DNA of 64,000 bases from an uncultured Chloroflexia bacterium. Lineage in GTDB: Bacteria > Chloroflexota > Chloroflexia > QHBQ01 > JADMIH01. The stretch's first letter is position 1. Every line of letters begins with the position of its first letter. Under the pieces are notes generated by a model that ran no database searches, had not been told where the DNA came from, and saw nothing but the letters and a program-made list of their open reading frames with translations. Both the position numbers and the translations under genes were made by a program. Positions 1 to 9,519 of this stretch are shown piece after piece. The stretch is from the NCBI GenBank assembly GCA_963797095.1, contig CAWCNY010000003.1, positions 832,001-896,000 of the forward strand, read 5' to 3'.

Positions 1-628
1 GCGCCAGTTGCTCGGCTGTAAAGCCCATCTCACGCAGAGCCTCTTCTCTCTGGCGAATCGTCCCACAACTCCCGATGGCCCCGATATATCGCGCCTCCGA
101 GTTGAGCGCGGCGGCGAGCGCGGGGTGGTCGAACTTCGGGTCGTGGGCCAGCACCACCACCGAACTGCTGGCGTCCAGCCCCAGCCTCTCCATCGCCTCA
201 TCGGGCCACTCGGCGAGCACTTCGTCCGCCACCGGGAACCGCTCTTTTGTAGCCAGCATGCCGCGCGCATCTATCACCGTGACGTGGTAGCCAAGCAGGC
301 GGCCAAGCGTATGCAGCGGTATGGCGATGTGCACCGCTCCCACTATGATCAGGCGCAGGGGCGGCGGGAAAGTCTCGATGAACACCTCCAGCGTCTCGCC
401 CCCTAATTCGTAGGAAAGCGTGCCGCTGCGCCCCTCAGCGAGCATGGAGAGAGCATCCTCGGCTATGCGAGTGTCAAGGTCGGGGTGGATGCTGCCCGTA
501 GTTTGCCTTTCCCCACCGCCCTCCACGAGCATCTTAGCCCCCATGTGGGGCGGCGTTAGCGCGGTAGAGAGGGCTACGGGCTTATTCGCCTTGACCAATT
601 CCATCAGCAGTGAATGGATCCCTGGCAT
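1..628 (-). CDS. XdhC/CoxI family Moco-insertion chaperone (Rossmann half), runs off window start
   Basis: Manual minus-strand translation from ATG 628: MPGIHSLLMELV...LRLIIVGAVHIAIPL...VTVIDAR...VVVLAHDPKFD...YIGAIGS, typical XdhC C-terminal motifs; not in the ORF track because it is truncated. Confidence 0.85.
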   Translation of the reverse strand, partial: MPGIHSLLMELVKANKPVALSTALTPPHMGAKMLVEGGGERQTTGSIHPDLDTRIAEDALSMLAEGRSGTLSYELGGETLEVFIETFPPPLRLIIVGAVHIAIPLHTLGRLLGYHVTVIDARGMLATKERFPVADEVLAEWPDEAMERLGLDASSSVVVLAHDPKFDHPALAAALNSEARYIGAIGSCGTIRQREEALREMGFTAEQLA

Positions 629-643
629 ATCTTTAGTTCCCAA

Positions 644-976
644 CTACCACTCTACCGGCTCCACCAGCACGCTGATAGTGCCGCCGCACGACAGGCCAAC
701 ATCGGTCAGCATATCGGCGGTAATGCCGTACTGCAGCAGCGCGGGCTTACCCGTCCGAAGCACGCGCAACGCCTCCTCCAGCACCGCACCCTCCACGCAA
801 CCCCCGCTCACCGAGCCTGCAAGCTCGCCCGCGTCGGACACCACCATCTTGGCCCCTTCATGCCTGGGAGCCGTGCCCACAACGCGCACAACTGTGGCGA
901 CCGCCACCTTCTTCCCCTCGGACCGCCACTGCTCGATCACGGGTAAAAGTTCGTTCTTCAATGTGTCAGTTTCCAT
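644..976 (-). CDS. XdhC/CoxI N-terminal domain protein (stand-alone)
   Basis: ATVVRVVGTAPR...GAKM...GSVSGGCVEG...GLSCGGTI motifs; AGGAG RBS. Confidence 0.9.
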   Translation of the reverse strand: METDTLKNELLPVIEQWRSEGKKVAVATVVRVVGTAPRHEGAKMVVSDAGELAGSVSGGCVEGAVLEEALRVLRTGKPALLQYGITADMLTDVGLSCGGTISVLVEPVEW

Positions 977-988
977 GTTCTAGCTCCT

Positions 989-1061
989 GGTAGTCGGTAG
1001 CCGGTAGCCGGTAGTCGGTAGCCGGAGGGCTATATACTCGCCACTCGTCACTCGTCACTCG
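989..1061. repeat. Composite heptamer tandem repeat (GGTAGYC)n + (ACTCGTC)n
   Basis: Directly visible; overlaps the coxE stop codon and ends at the RBS of the next gene. Confidence 0.9.
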
Positions 1062-2340
1062 ACACCCTCTGCCGACGGTCGGGCCGGGCATTCGCATCCA
1101 GGCTGCTCAACAACTGGGCCAAAGCCTGCAAGCTCGCCAGATCGTGCGCCGGTAGGAGGTGGTCCACATAGCGAATTGCCGTCACTATACCCCTCGTGAG
1201 CGGCTGGTAGCTCTGGCTGCCCATAAGAGGGTTGAGCCAGATCAGGCGGAAGGCCGTGCGCTGCAAACGGCCCATCTCGGCTGCGAGCAGGTCGGGGTCG
1301 CCCCTGTCCCAGCCATCGCTGATAATGCACACGATCGCGCCCTGTCCCAGCACTCGGCGCGCCCATTGCGTATTGAAAGCGTGTATCGCCTCGCCGATAC
1401 GTGTGCCTCCCGACCAGTCTACCACCTTCCGGCCCACCTGCGCCAGCGCCTGGTCAACGTCGCGCACGCGCAACTGGCGCGTCACTCTCGTGAGGCGGGT
1501 ACCGAACAAAAACACCTCCACGTGGCCCACTTCCCGCCTCACCGTATGCATGAAATAAAGGAGCGCGCGTGTGTACGAGGCCATCGAGCCGCTTATATCG
1601 CACAGCAGCACCAGTGGCCTCGCCCTGCGACGCGGCCCCTTCATGGCGAGGGTGTATGGCACACCTCCGGTGCGCATCGCACGCCGCATGGTGCGTGAAA
1701 CGTCGAGACGCGACCCACGTTTAGCCGCCGCCAGCCGTCGCGTACGTCGTTGGGCGGACGTCCAGTTCCACCCCGCCATAATCGCCCTCGCCGAGGCCAG
1801 CTCTTCCTCGCTGAATTTGGCGAAGTCGAGATGGCGCAGCCGCTCCTCCGCGCTGTACAGAAGGGCGCGTTCCAACCGCCTCTCCTCCTCCGCATCACCG
1901 TCCAGGCTCTCGTCCCCATCGTCCCCCATATCAACAAGCGTCACGCGCTCAACCGCCGGCAGGGTCCGCGAAGCAGCGGGTTGCCTGCCATTGTTAGCGG
2001 GTTGAATTCTGAGGGGTGGGTGCTGGGGTGTCCGCGGCTCTCGTTGCGAGCGGCTTTCGGAGGGAAGCACGAGATGGCGGTTCGGACCCCAGAATTGATG
2101 GTACGCCCGGTCGAAGCGTAGCAAATCTCCCTTGCACGAGCAGAGAGTAGCGCGCGCCGCGAAATATACGCTGTCGCGGTCGCTCAGACTGAGCATCGGC
2201 AAGGCACGCAGCAGGTCGCGTATCTGGCCGGGTTTGACCTCAACCCCATCGCGCCGCAGCACCCGCCCAAACGCTACCCACCTGCGGGCGAGTCTACCGC
2301 CTAATGCTGCTATCTGCTCGTTGTCAACCGCCGTTATCAT
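1048..2340 (-). CDS. coxE: VWA-domain CoxE-like protein
   Basis: LCDISGSM MIDAS motif, WSGGTRIG, IISDGWDRG, WLNPL; adjacent to cox genes. Confidence 0.9.
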   Translation of the reverse strand: MITAVDNEQIAALGGRLARRWVAFGRVLRRDGVEVKPGQIRDLLRALPMLSLSDRDSVYFAARATLCSCKGDLLRFDRAYHQFWGPNRHLVLPSESRSQREPRTPQHPPLRIQPANNGRQPAASRTLPAVERVTLVDMGDDGDESLDGDAEEERRLERALLYSAEERLRHLDFAKFSEEELASARAIMAGWNWTSAQRRTRRLAAAKRGSRLDVSRTMRRAMRTGGVPYTLAMKGPRRRARPLVLLCDISGSMASYTRALLYFMHTVRREVGHVEVFLFGTRLTRVTRQLRVRDVDQALAQVGRKVVDWSGGTRIGEAIHAFNTQWARRVLGQGAIVCIISDGWDRGDPDLLAAEMGRLQRTAFRLIWLNPLMGSQSYQPLTRGIVTAIRYVDHLLPAHDLASLQALAQLLSSLDANARPDRRQRVSSDE

Positions 2341-2470
2341 GGATCGGTGGTCAGTAGTCGGTACTTTGAACTATGAATTGGGAACCGGGAACCGGCAACT
2401 CTGCCTTACCCATTTTCATTATGCGCCAGAAACATGAAAATGGGAAGAGACAAACCTTTCTGTCTCCATC

Positions 2471-2499
2471 TTGACACGCACATGTGTGGGTGATACAAT
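2471..2499 (+). promoter_or_regulatory. sigma70-type promoter of coxMSL
   Basis: TTGACA-N17-TACAAT with TG extension; CACATGTG palindrome in the spacer. Confidence 0.7.
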
Positions 2500-2902
2500 C
2501 CTTCACACAGGCACTCTATCAGAACGAATATTGAGCATTGGTGCACCCCCGAAGCTGTGTTGAGCGGTTCCAGTAGTAAAACGATTCATATGCAGGGGTC
2601 TGGTTTCCCGGTCTCTGCGTTTGCTTTCTCGGATCACCGGCATCGTTTCACCCTCCCACAGCATCCAGCGCCACGTTAGCTGCAAACACTCTGGTGTTTG
2701 CGGTAAGCCAATGGTTCGATCCAGGTCAGAGACCCAAGCCCGCAATATTTCACAAGGGACGCCCTCACCGGTTCCTGGCCTGGTATATAGAGCACCTGCA
2801 GCGTAGAACCCGCCCCGGGATTCCTGGTTACCGGTCGTTCGCGGATGCCTGGCAACCAACAACTTAATTGACCACAATGAAGTGAAACTAAGGAGATCAT
2901 GG

Positions 2903-3778
2903 ATGATTCCACCTACGTTCGACTACATTGTACCCCAGTCCCTCTCTGAAGCGGTGGCGCTCCTGGAGCAAAACCCGGACGCCAAGGTGCTGGCCGGCGG
3001 CCACAGCCTCATCCCTTTGATGAAGTTCAGGTTGGCCACGCCCGCTTTGCTCGTTGATATCAATAAGATCGACGGGCTGGATTACATCCGCGAGGAGGAC
3101 GGCTGGCTCAAGATCGGCACGCTGGCCCGCGAGGTCGACCTCGACCGCTCCGACCTGGTGCGCGATAAATACCCACTCCTGGCCGATACGACCAGGATGA
3201 TCGCCGACCCGCTGGTGCGCAACCTGGCGACGGTGGGCGGCAACCTGGCCCACGCCGACCCCGCCAACGACCACCCGGCCACCATGCTAGCTTACGGCGC
3301 GCAGGTGGTGGCGGTGGGCCCCAACGGCGAGCGCGTTATCCCGATAGAGGGCTTCTTCGAAGGCCTCTTCCAGACCAGCCTCGCCCACGAAGAAGTGCTG
3401 ACCGAGATCCGCATCCCCGCCCCCAGGAGCCGCAGCGGCGGGGCCTACGTGAAGATCGAGCGCAAAGTCGGCGATTTCGCCACCGTCGCCGTCGCCGTGC
3501 AGCTAACCCTCGATGCAGACGGCAACTGCGAATCGGTAGGCATCGGCCTGACCAATGTCGGCGACACCCCCATCAAGGCCACCCAAGCCGAAAACGCGCT
3601 TAAGGGCAAACCCCTCACCGACGACGACGTGAAGCTGGCCGCGCAGCTGGCCGCCGAAGCCGCCGAGCCTGCGGGCGACCAGCGAGGCTCTGAAGAATAT
3701 AAGCGCGCCCTGATCAGGACGCTCACCGTCCGCGCCTTACGCATGGCCGCGGCACGGGCAACAGGACAAGGAGAGTAG
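2903..3778 (+). CDS. coxM: Aerobic CO dehydrogenase FAD subunit
   Basis: AGGHSLIPLMKFR, RNLATVGGNLAHADP; AGGAG RBS before ATG 2903. Confidence 0.95.
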   Translation: MIPPTFDYIVPQSLSEAVALLEQNPDAKVLAGGHSLIPLMKFRLATPALLVDINKIDGLDYIREEDGWLKIGTLAREVDLDRSDLVRDKYPLLADTTRMIADPLVRNLATVGGNLAHADPANDHPATMLAYGAQVVAVGPNGERVIPIEGFFEGLFQTSLAHEEVLTEIRIPAPRSRSGGAYVKIERKVGDFATVAVAVQLTLDADGNCESVGIGLTNVGDTPIKATQAENALKGKPLTDDDVKLAAQLAAEAAEPAGDQRGSEEYKRALIRTLTVRALRMAAARATGQGE

Positions 3779-3784
3779 GCCAGC

Positions 3785-4282
<498 letters not shown>

Positions 4283-4300
4283 AGAAAAGCGGAGGACTAT

Positions 4301-6649
4301 ATGACGGCAATTAACGGATTGGGGCACAGCCTCAAGCGAAAAGAGGACCCACGCTTCATTCAAGGCAAAGGTAATTACATCGACGATCTCAAGCTGCCGG
4401 GGATGCTGTACATGGATATCGTCCGCAGCCCCTACGCCCATGCCAGGATCACCAATATTAACAGTGAGAACGCGCTCAAAGTGCCGGGCGTGCTCGCCGT
4501 GATCACGGGCAAAGACCTGGACCACTACGGCCTGGCCTGGATGCCCACGCTGATGAGCGACAGGCAGATGGTGCTGCCAATTGACACTGTGAAGTACCAG
4601 TCGCAGGAGGTAGCAGCGGTGATCGCCACCAGCCGCTACGCGGCAGCCGATGGCGTGGCGGCGGTGGAAGTCGACTACGAGCCGCTGCCGGTGGTGGTGG
4701 ACCCGAAGAAGGCGCTTGAGCCGGGAGCCACCAAAGTACGCGATGACAAGGAGAGCAACCATATCTGGCACTGGGAGGTTGGCGACAAAGCGGCAACCGA
4801 CCAGGCCTTCGAGGAGGCCGAGGTCACGGTCAAGCAGGACATCTACATCCCGCGCATCCACGTCGCCTCTATCGAGACGTGCGGCTGCGTGGCAAGCTGG
4901 GACCCTATAGATGCCAGGCTCACGATGTACATGACGACCCAGGCCCCCCACGCTATCCGCACCGTCATAGCGCTGGTGGCCGGGCACCTGGGCCTCTCCG
5001 AGCAGAATATCCGCGTCATTTCGCCCGATATCGGTGGGGGCTTCGGCGGCAAAGTGCCCGTCTATCCTGGCTACGTGATCGCGATAGCGGCCTCAGTCCT
5101 TACGGGCAAGCCGGTCAAGTGGATCGAAGACCGCTCGGAGAACCTGCAAGCCGATTCATTCGCCCGCGACTACCATATCACCGCCGAAGTCGCAGGCAAG
5201 AAGGACGGCACGCTCACAGCCGTGCGCGTCAAGACGATTGCAGACCACGGCTACAGCGACGCTGCCGCCAACCCGTCCAAGTTCCCTGCCGGTCTCTTCC
5301 ACGTCTGCACAGGCTCCTACGGCTTCAAAAATGCCTTTGTAGAGGTGGACGGCGTGTATACCAACAAGCCGCCGGGAGGCGTTGCCTACAGGTGCTCGTT
5401 CCGTATCACCGAAGCCGTGCACACCATAGAAGTCATGGTCGACCGCATGGCCCACGAACTGGGCATGGACCCGGCGGAGTTCCGCGAAAAGAACTTCATC
5501 AAGCCGGAACAGTTCCCTTATGTAACTGCGCTGGGCTGGGAATACGACAGCGGCAACTACGGCGGGGCATTGCACAAGGCGATGGACATGATCGGCTACG
5601 AGGATCTGCGAAGAGAGCAGGCCGAGAAGCGCGAGCGCGGCGAGCTAATGGGGATCGGGATTTCATCGTTCACCGAGGCGGTGGGGGCCGGGCCTTCCCA
5701 CACCTTCGATATCCTCGGGCTGAAGATGTTCGATTCGGCTGAAATCCGTATCCACCCAACCGGCAAGGCCATTGCCCGCTTCGGCACAAAGTCGCAGGGC
5801 CAGGGACATGAGACGACCTACGCCCAGATCATCGCTCAAGAGTTGGGCATACCGGCCACCGACATCAGGGTAGAGGAAGGCGACACCGATACCGCCCCTT
5901 ATGGCCTGGGCACATACGCATCGAGAAGCACCCCCACGGCAGGCGCGGCAGGGGCGATGGCTGCCCGCAAGATCCGCGACAAAGCCAAGAAGATCGCCGC
6001 GCACCTGCTGGAGGCCGCCGAGGAAGATCTGGTGTGGGAGGAGAACAGGTTCTACGTGAAAGGTTCCCCCGAACACTCCAAGACGATCCAGGAGATCGCC
6101 TTCGCCGCCTACACCAACCACCCACAGGGGATGGAAGCAGGGCTTGAGGCCGTGTCATACTACGACCCGCCCAACCTCACCTATCCCTTCGGCTCGTACA
6201 TCTGCGTGGTGGACATAGACAGGGGCACCGGAGAGGTCAAGATCAGGCGCTTCGTGGCCGTGGACGACTGCGGCGTTCGCATCAACCCCATGATCGTTGA
6301 AGGCCAGATCCACGGCGGCCTGACGATGGGTATCGCGCCCACGCTATACGAGCAAATCACTTACGACGACGACGGCAACATGTACGGCGGCACGTTCATG
6401 GACTACCTCTTGCCGACCGCCGTCGAAACCCCGAAGTGGGAAGTGGGCGAGACGGTTACACCATGCCCGCACCACCCGCAGGGCGCGAAGGGCGTGGGCG
6501 AATCGGCCACCGTCGGCGCGCCCGCTGCCGTGGTAAACGCGGTGGTTGACGCCATGTGGCACCTCGGCGTGCGCAACATCGACATCCCCATGACCGCCCC
6601 CAAGGTATGGGCCCTCCTGAAAGAAAAGGGAGCAGCACTGGAGGAATGA
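4301..6649 (+). CDS. coxL: Form I aerobic CO dehydrogenase large (Mo-Cu) subunit
   Basis: Active-site loop VAYRCSFR (form I signature); M-S-L gene order. Confidence 0.96.
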   Translation: MTAINGLGHSLKRKEDPRFIQGKGNYIDDLKLPGMLYMDIVRSPYAHARITNINSENALKVPGVLAVITGKDLDHYGLAWMPTLMSDRQMVLPIDTVKYQSQEVAAVIATSRYAAADGVAAVEVDYEPLPVVVDPKKALEPGATKVRDDKESNHIWHWEVGDKAATDQAFEEAEVTVKQDIYIPRIHVASIETCGCVASWDPIDARLTMYMTTQAPHAIRTVIALVAGHLGLSEQNIRVISPDIGGGFGGKVPVYPGYVIAIAASVLTGKPVKWIEDRSENLQADSFARDYHITAEVAGKKDGTLTAVRVKTIADHGYSDAAANPSKFPAGLFHVCTGSYGFKNAFVEVDGVYTNKPPGGVAYRCSFRITEAVHTIEVMVDRMAHELGMDPAEFREKNFIKPEQFPYVTALGWEYDSGNYGGALHKAMDMIGYEDLRREQAEKRERGELMGIGISSFTEAVGAGPSHTFDILGLKMFDSAEIRIHPTGKAIARFGTKSQGQGHETTYAQIIAQELGIPATDIRVEEGDTDTAPYGLGTYASRSTPTAGAAGAMAARKIRDKAKKIAAHLLEAAEEDLVWEENRFYVKGSPEHSKTIQEIAFAAYTNHPQGMEAGLEAVSYYDPPNLTYPFGSYICVVDIDRGTGEVKIRRFVAVDDCGVRINPMIVEGQIHGGLTMGIAPTLYEQITYDDDGNMYGGTFMDYLLPTAVETPKWEVGETVTPCPHHPQGAKGVGESATVGAPAAVVNAVVDAMWHLGVRNIDIPMTAPKVWALLKEKGAALEE

Positions 6650-6654
6650 GTTGT

Positions 6655-6719
6655 TAGTAGCCGGTAGTCGGAGTTCCAAGTTCCTGGTTCCGGCTACCGG
6701 CTACCGGCTACCGGCTACC
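6655..6719. repeat. Heptamer repeats (CCGGCTA)n with an inverted GTAGCCGG copy
   Basis: Visible between the coxL stop and the next ATG. Confidence 0.8.
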
Positions 6720-6720
6720 A

Positions 6721-7764
6721 ATGAACAACGATCTACTAGAGCGTGCCTCCGAGCTCAACCGCACAGGCGTAGCGTTCGCCCTGGCCACCGTAGTTCGCGC
6801 CGAGAAGCCGACCTCGGCCAAGCCCGGCGCGAACGCTATCATCACCGGCGACGGCTCACTCACCGGCTGGGTGGGGGGCAGTTGCACCGAGCACACGGTC
6901 CTCAGCCAGGCCCGCAAGGCCCTGCGCGACGGCCAGCCGCGCCTGGTGCGTATGTGCCCGCCCGAAAAGCTCGGCATCGCGCCTCAAGAGGGCGTGATCG
7001 AGGTGGTGCTCACCTGCGCCAGCGGAGGTACCCTGGAAGTGTACATCGAGCCGCACCTGCCCAGGCCGCAACTTGTGATCATCGGCCACCTGCCCGTTGC
7101 TTATGCTCTTGCCCGCCTCGGCTCAGGTCTCGGCTACGAGGTCAGCGTGATGGGCTTGGAGGTTTCGCCGGGCCACTTCGCCGGGGTCGATCACGTGAAG
7201 GTATTCGACGGCCTCGACTTTTCGCAGCTCAAGGCAATCCCCCAGACCCACATAGTCGTGGCGTCTCACGGCAACTACGACGAAGAGGGATTGCAATGGG
7301 CCCTCGCGAGCGATGCAACCTATATCGCGCTCGTCGCCAGCCGCAAGCGCGCCGAGAGCGTGGTGCAATACCTGCGCGAGGCAGGAGTGCCCACCGACCG
7401 CCTGGCCCACCTCAAGTTCCCTGCCGGCCTGGACATCGGCGCGGTTACGCCCGAAGAGATAGCCTTGAGCATCCTCGCCGAGATCGTGCAGGTGCGCCAT
7501 CAGAAACACGAACAGGAGCCGGGCGCCCAACGTGAGCACGCAATCGAGCGCCATGACTATCACGAGCACCACCAACACCATGAGCAGCAGGAACAGCCCG
7601 AACAGGACGAAGCCATCGACCCGGTATGCGGCATGACCGTGCAGATCGCCACCACCCGCTACAAATCAGACTACGCAGGCCAGACCTATTACTTTTGCGC
7701 ACCAGGCTGCAAACGGTCGTTCGACAAAGACCCGGACAAATACCTGGTGACGAGTGACGAGTGA
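6721..7764 (+). CDS. XdhC/CoxF family protein with His-rich linker and C-terminal YHS domain
   Basis: GWVGGSC, CASGG, PAGLDIGAVTPEEIALSILAEI; HDYHEHHQHHE linker; DPVCGM...YYFCAPGC. Confidence 0.9.
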   Translation: MNNDLLERASELNRTGVAFALATVVRAEKPTSAKPGANAIITGDGSLTGWVGGSCTEHTVLSQARKALRDGQPRLVRMCPPEKLGIAPQEGVIEVVLTCASGGTLEVYIEPHLPRPQLVIIGHLPVAYALARLGSGLGYEVSVMGLEVSPGHFAGVDHVKVFDGLDFSQLKAIPQTHIVVASHGNYDEEGLQWALASDATYIALVASRKRAESVVQYLREAGVPTDRLAHLKFPAGLDIGAVTPEEIALSILAEIVQVRHQKHEQEPGAQREHAIERHDYHEHHQHHEQQEQPEQDEAIDPVCGMTVQIATTRYKSDYAGQTYYFCAPGCKRSFDKDPDKYLVTSDE

Positions 7765-7884
7765 CGAGTGACGAGTGACGAGTGACGAGTAGCGAGTAGC
7801 GAGTATTTAGCCCGAAGATCCGACTACCGACTACCGACTACCGACTACCGGCAACTTGGAACTTGGAACTTGGAACTTGGAACC
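7747..7884. repeat. Composite heptamer array (GTGACGA)6-(GTAGCGA)2-(CCGACTA)4-(AACTTGG)4
   Basis: Directly visible; contains the stop codon of the XdhC-YHS gene. Confidence 0.92.
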
Positions 7885-7921
7885 AGCACCTAGCGTCCTT
7901 AGTCCGCCCACGGGAGGGGGA

Positions 7922-8368
7922 ATGCAACACTTTGAAGGCACAGTAAACATCAAGGCAACGCGGGCCGAGGTATGGGCGTTCCTCATGGACCCATACCGGG
8001 TCGGCCAGTGCATGCCGGGCGTAGAATCGGTTGAAGTCGAGGACGGCGACCGGAAGTTCCGCGCCGTCGCCGCTATCGGCTTTGGCACGGTCAAAGCGCG
8101 CTTCAAGGGCGACGCGGAATTTACCGAGATCGAAGAGCCGAACTGGGCAACGCTGAAGGCTCACGGCAACGCACCCGGCAGCGCTATGGATGTGGTGAGC
8201 CTGATGCAACTGTCCGACGGGCCGGATGGTACGATCGTGTTGAATTGGAGCGCCGACATAACCGTACTGGGCACATTGGCAAGCCTTGCCGCCCGCCTCA
8301 TGGGCGGCATCACAAAGAAGCTTTCCAACGAGTTTTTCAACTGTTTCAAGAAGAAGATCGAAGCGTAA
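7922..8368 (+). CDS. coxG: CoxG/SRPBCC family protein
   Basis: EVWAFLMDP...CMPG...GTLASLAARLM; GGAGG RBS before ATG 7922; cox context. Confidence 0.88.
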   Translation: MQHFEGTVNIKATRAEVWAFLMDPYRVGQCMPGVESVEVEDGDRKFRAVAAIGFGTVKARFKGDAEFTEIEEPNWATLKAHGNAPGSAMDVVSLMQLSDGPDGTIVLNWSADITVLGTLASLAARLMGGITKKLSNEFFNCFKKKIEA

Positions 8369-8374
8369 CATACT

Positions 8375-9370
8375 ATGAAGTTCGGGCCGGTGCCTCTCGA
8401 TGATGCCCTGGGCAAAATCCTCGGCCACAACATCGCCGGGCCTGACGGGCGGCGGGTAGTACGCAAAGGCAAAGCGCTCACGCAGGAACACCTGGACGCT
8501 CTGCGCACTATTGGCCGTACCCAGGTATATGTCGCGGCACTGGAACCGGGCGACCTGGACGAGGATACCGCCGCCCACCGCACCGCCGAGGCCATAATGG
8601 GCGGCGGCTTGCGCATGTCCGGGTCCAGCACGGGGCGGGTGAATGTGCAAGCGACGGTTTCAGGTGTGCTGCGCGTGGATGCGCAACGGCTGGCCCGCAT
8701 CAACGCCAGCGAGAGCGTGACCGTTGCTACGCGCACCTCAGACACCGCCGTGCGGCCCCGGCAAACCGTGGCAACGATCAAGATCATCCCATACGCCATT
8801 GAAGAACAGGTTATGCGCGAGGTAGAGGCAATAGCCGCAGACGGCCCCCTGCTGCGTGTCGACGAGATAGCGCCCCGGCCCGTCAGCCTGATCTACACCG
8901 GCTCACTTTCCGTTCGAGACAAGCTTGCCAGGGAGTTCGAGCCGCTGGTCGAGCGAGTGCAAGCCCTGGGCTCGCATATCGCCAACACCGACTACGTGTC
9001 GCTCGAAGACGAGAGGGCCGAGGCTGCCCTGGCCGAAACGCTGAACCGCCATCAGGCTGAGGGAGCGCGCCTGATCATTCTCGCAGGGGAAACAACCATC
9101 ATGGACCGCCACGACATAGTACCCCGCGCCGTAGAGCGCGCCGGGGGCCACGTGGAACGCCTGGGAGCGCCCGTAGACCCCGGCAATCTCTTCATGCTCG
9201 CCTACCTGGGCGACACGCCGGTCCTGGGCGCTCCCGGCTGCGCCCGCAGCCGCAAAACCAACATCACCGATTGGGCTTTGCCCCGCCTCCTAGCAGGAGA
9301 TCACCTCACCAACGCCGACATCATCGCCCTCGGACACGGTGGCCTGCTGGAAGACGCGACCGAAAGATAG
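8375..9370 (+). CDS. Molybdopterin-binding (MoeA-like) protein
   Basis: MKFGPVPL, TGRVN, GAPVDPGNL, GAPGCARS, LGHGGLL. Confidence 0.85.
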   Translation: MKFGPVPLDDALGKILGHNIAGPDGRRVVRKGKALTQEHLDALRTIGRTQVYVAALEPGDLDEDTAAHRTAEAIMGGGLRMSGSSTGRVNVQATVSGVLRVDAQRLARINASESVTVATRTSDTAVRPRQTVATIKIIPYAIEEQVMREVEAIAADGPLLRVDEIAPRPVSLIYTGSLSVRDKLAREFEPLVERVQALGSHIANTDYVSLEDERAEAALAETLNRHQAEGARLIILAGETTIMDRHDIVPRAVERAGGHVERLGAPVDPGNLFMLAYLGDTPVLGAPGCARSRKTNITDWALPRLLAGDHLTNADIIALGHGGLLEDATER

Positions 9371-9519
9371 CGCCCCATACTCCTCCACCGGGCAGTGTCT
9401 CCCAATCAAGCTCCAATCAAGCAATTCAGCCGTAGCCGCCCCGTACCAACAAATAATAAGCCCGCAACTGCCGCATAAACCCCATCTGATGTATAATCAG
9501 CAGCATTGGGGGGTAGTAT

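Noticed and set aside
2705-2730. tRNA suggested by GGTTCGATCC
   Set aside because: No acceptor stem, D-arm or anticodon arm could be built; kept only as part of the leader finding
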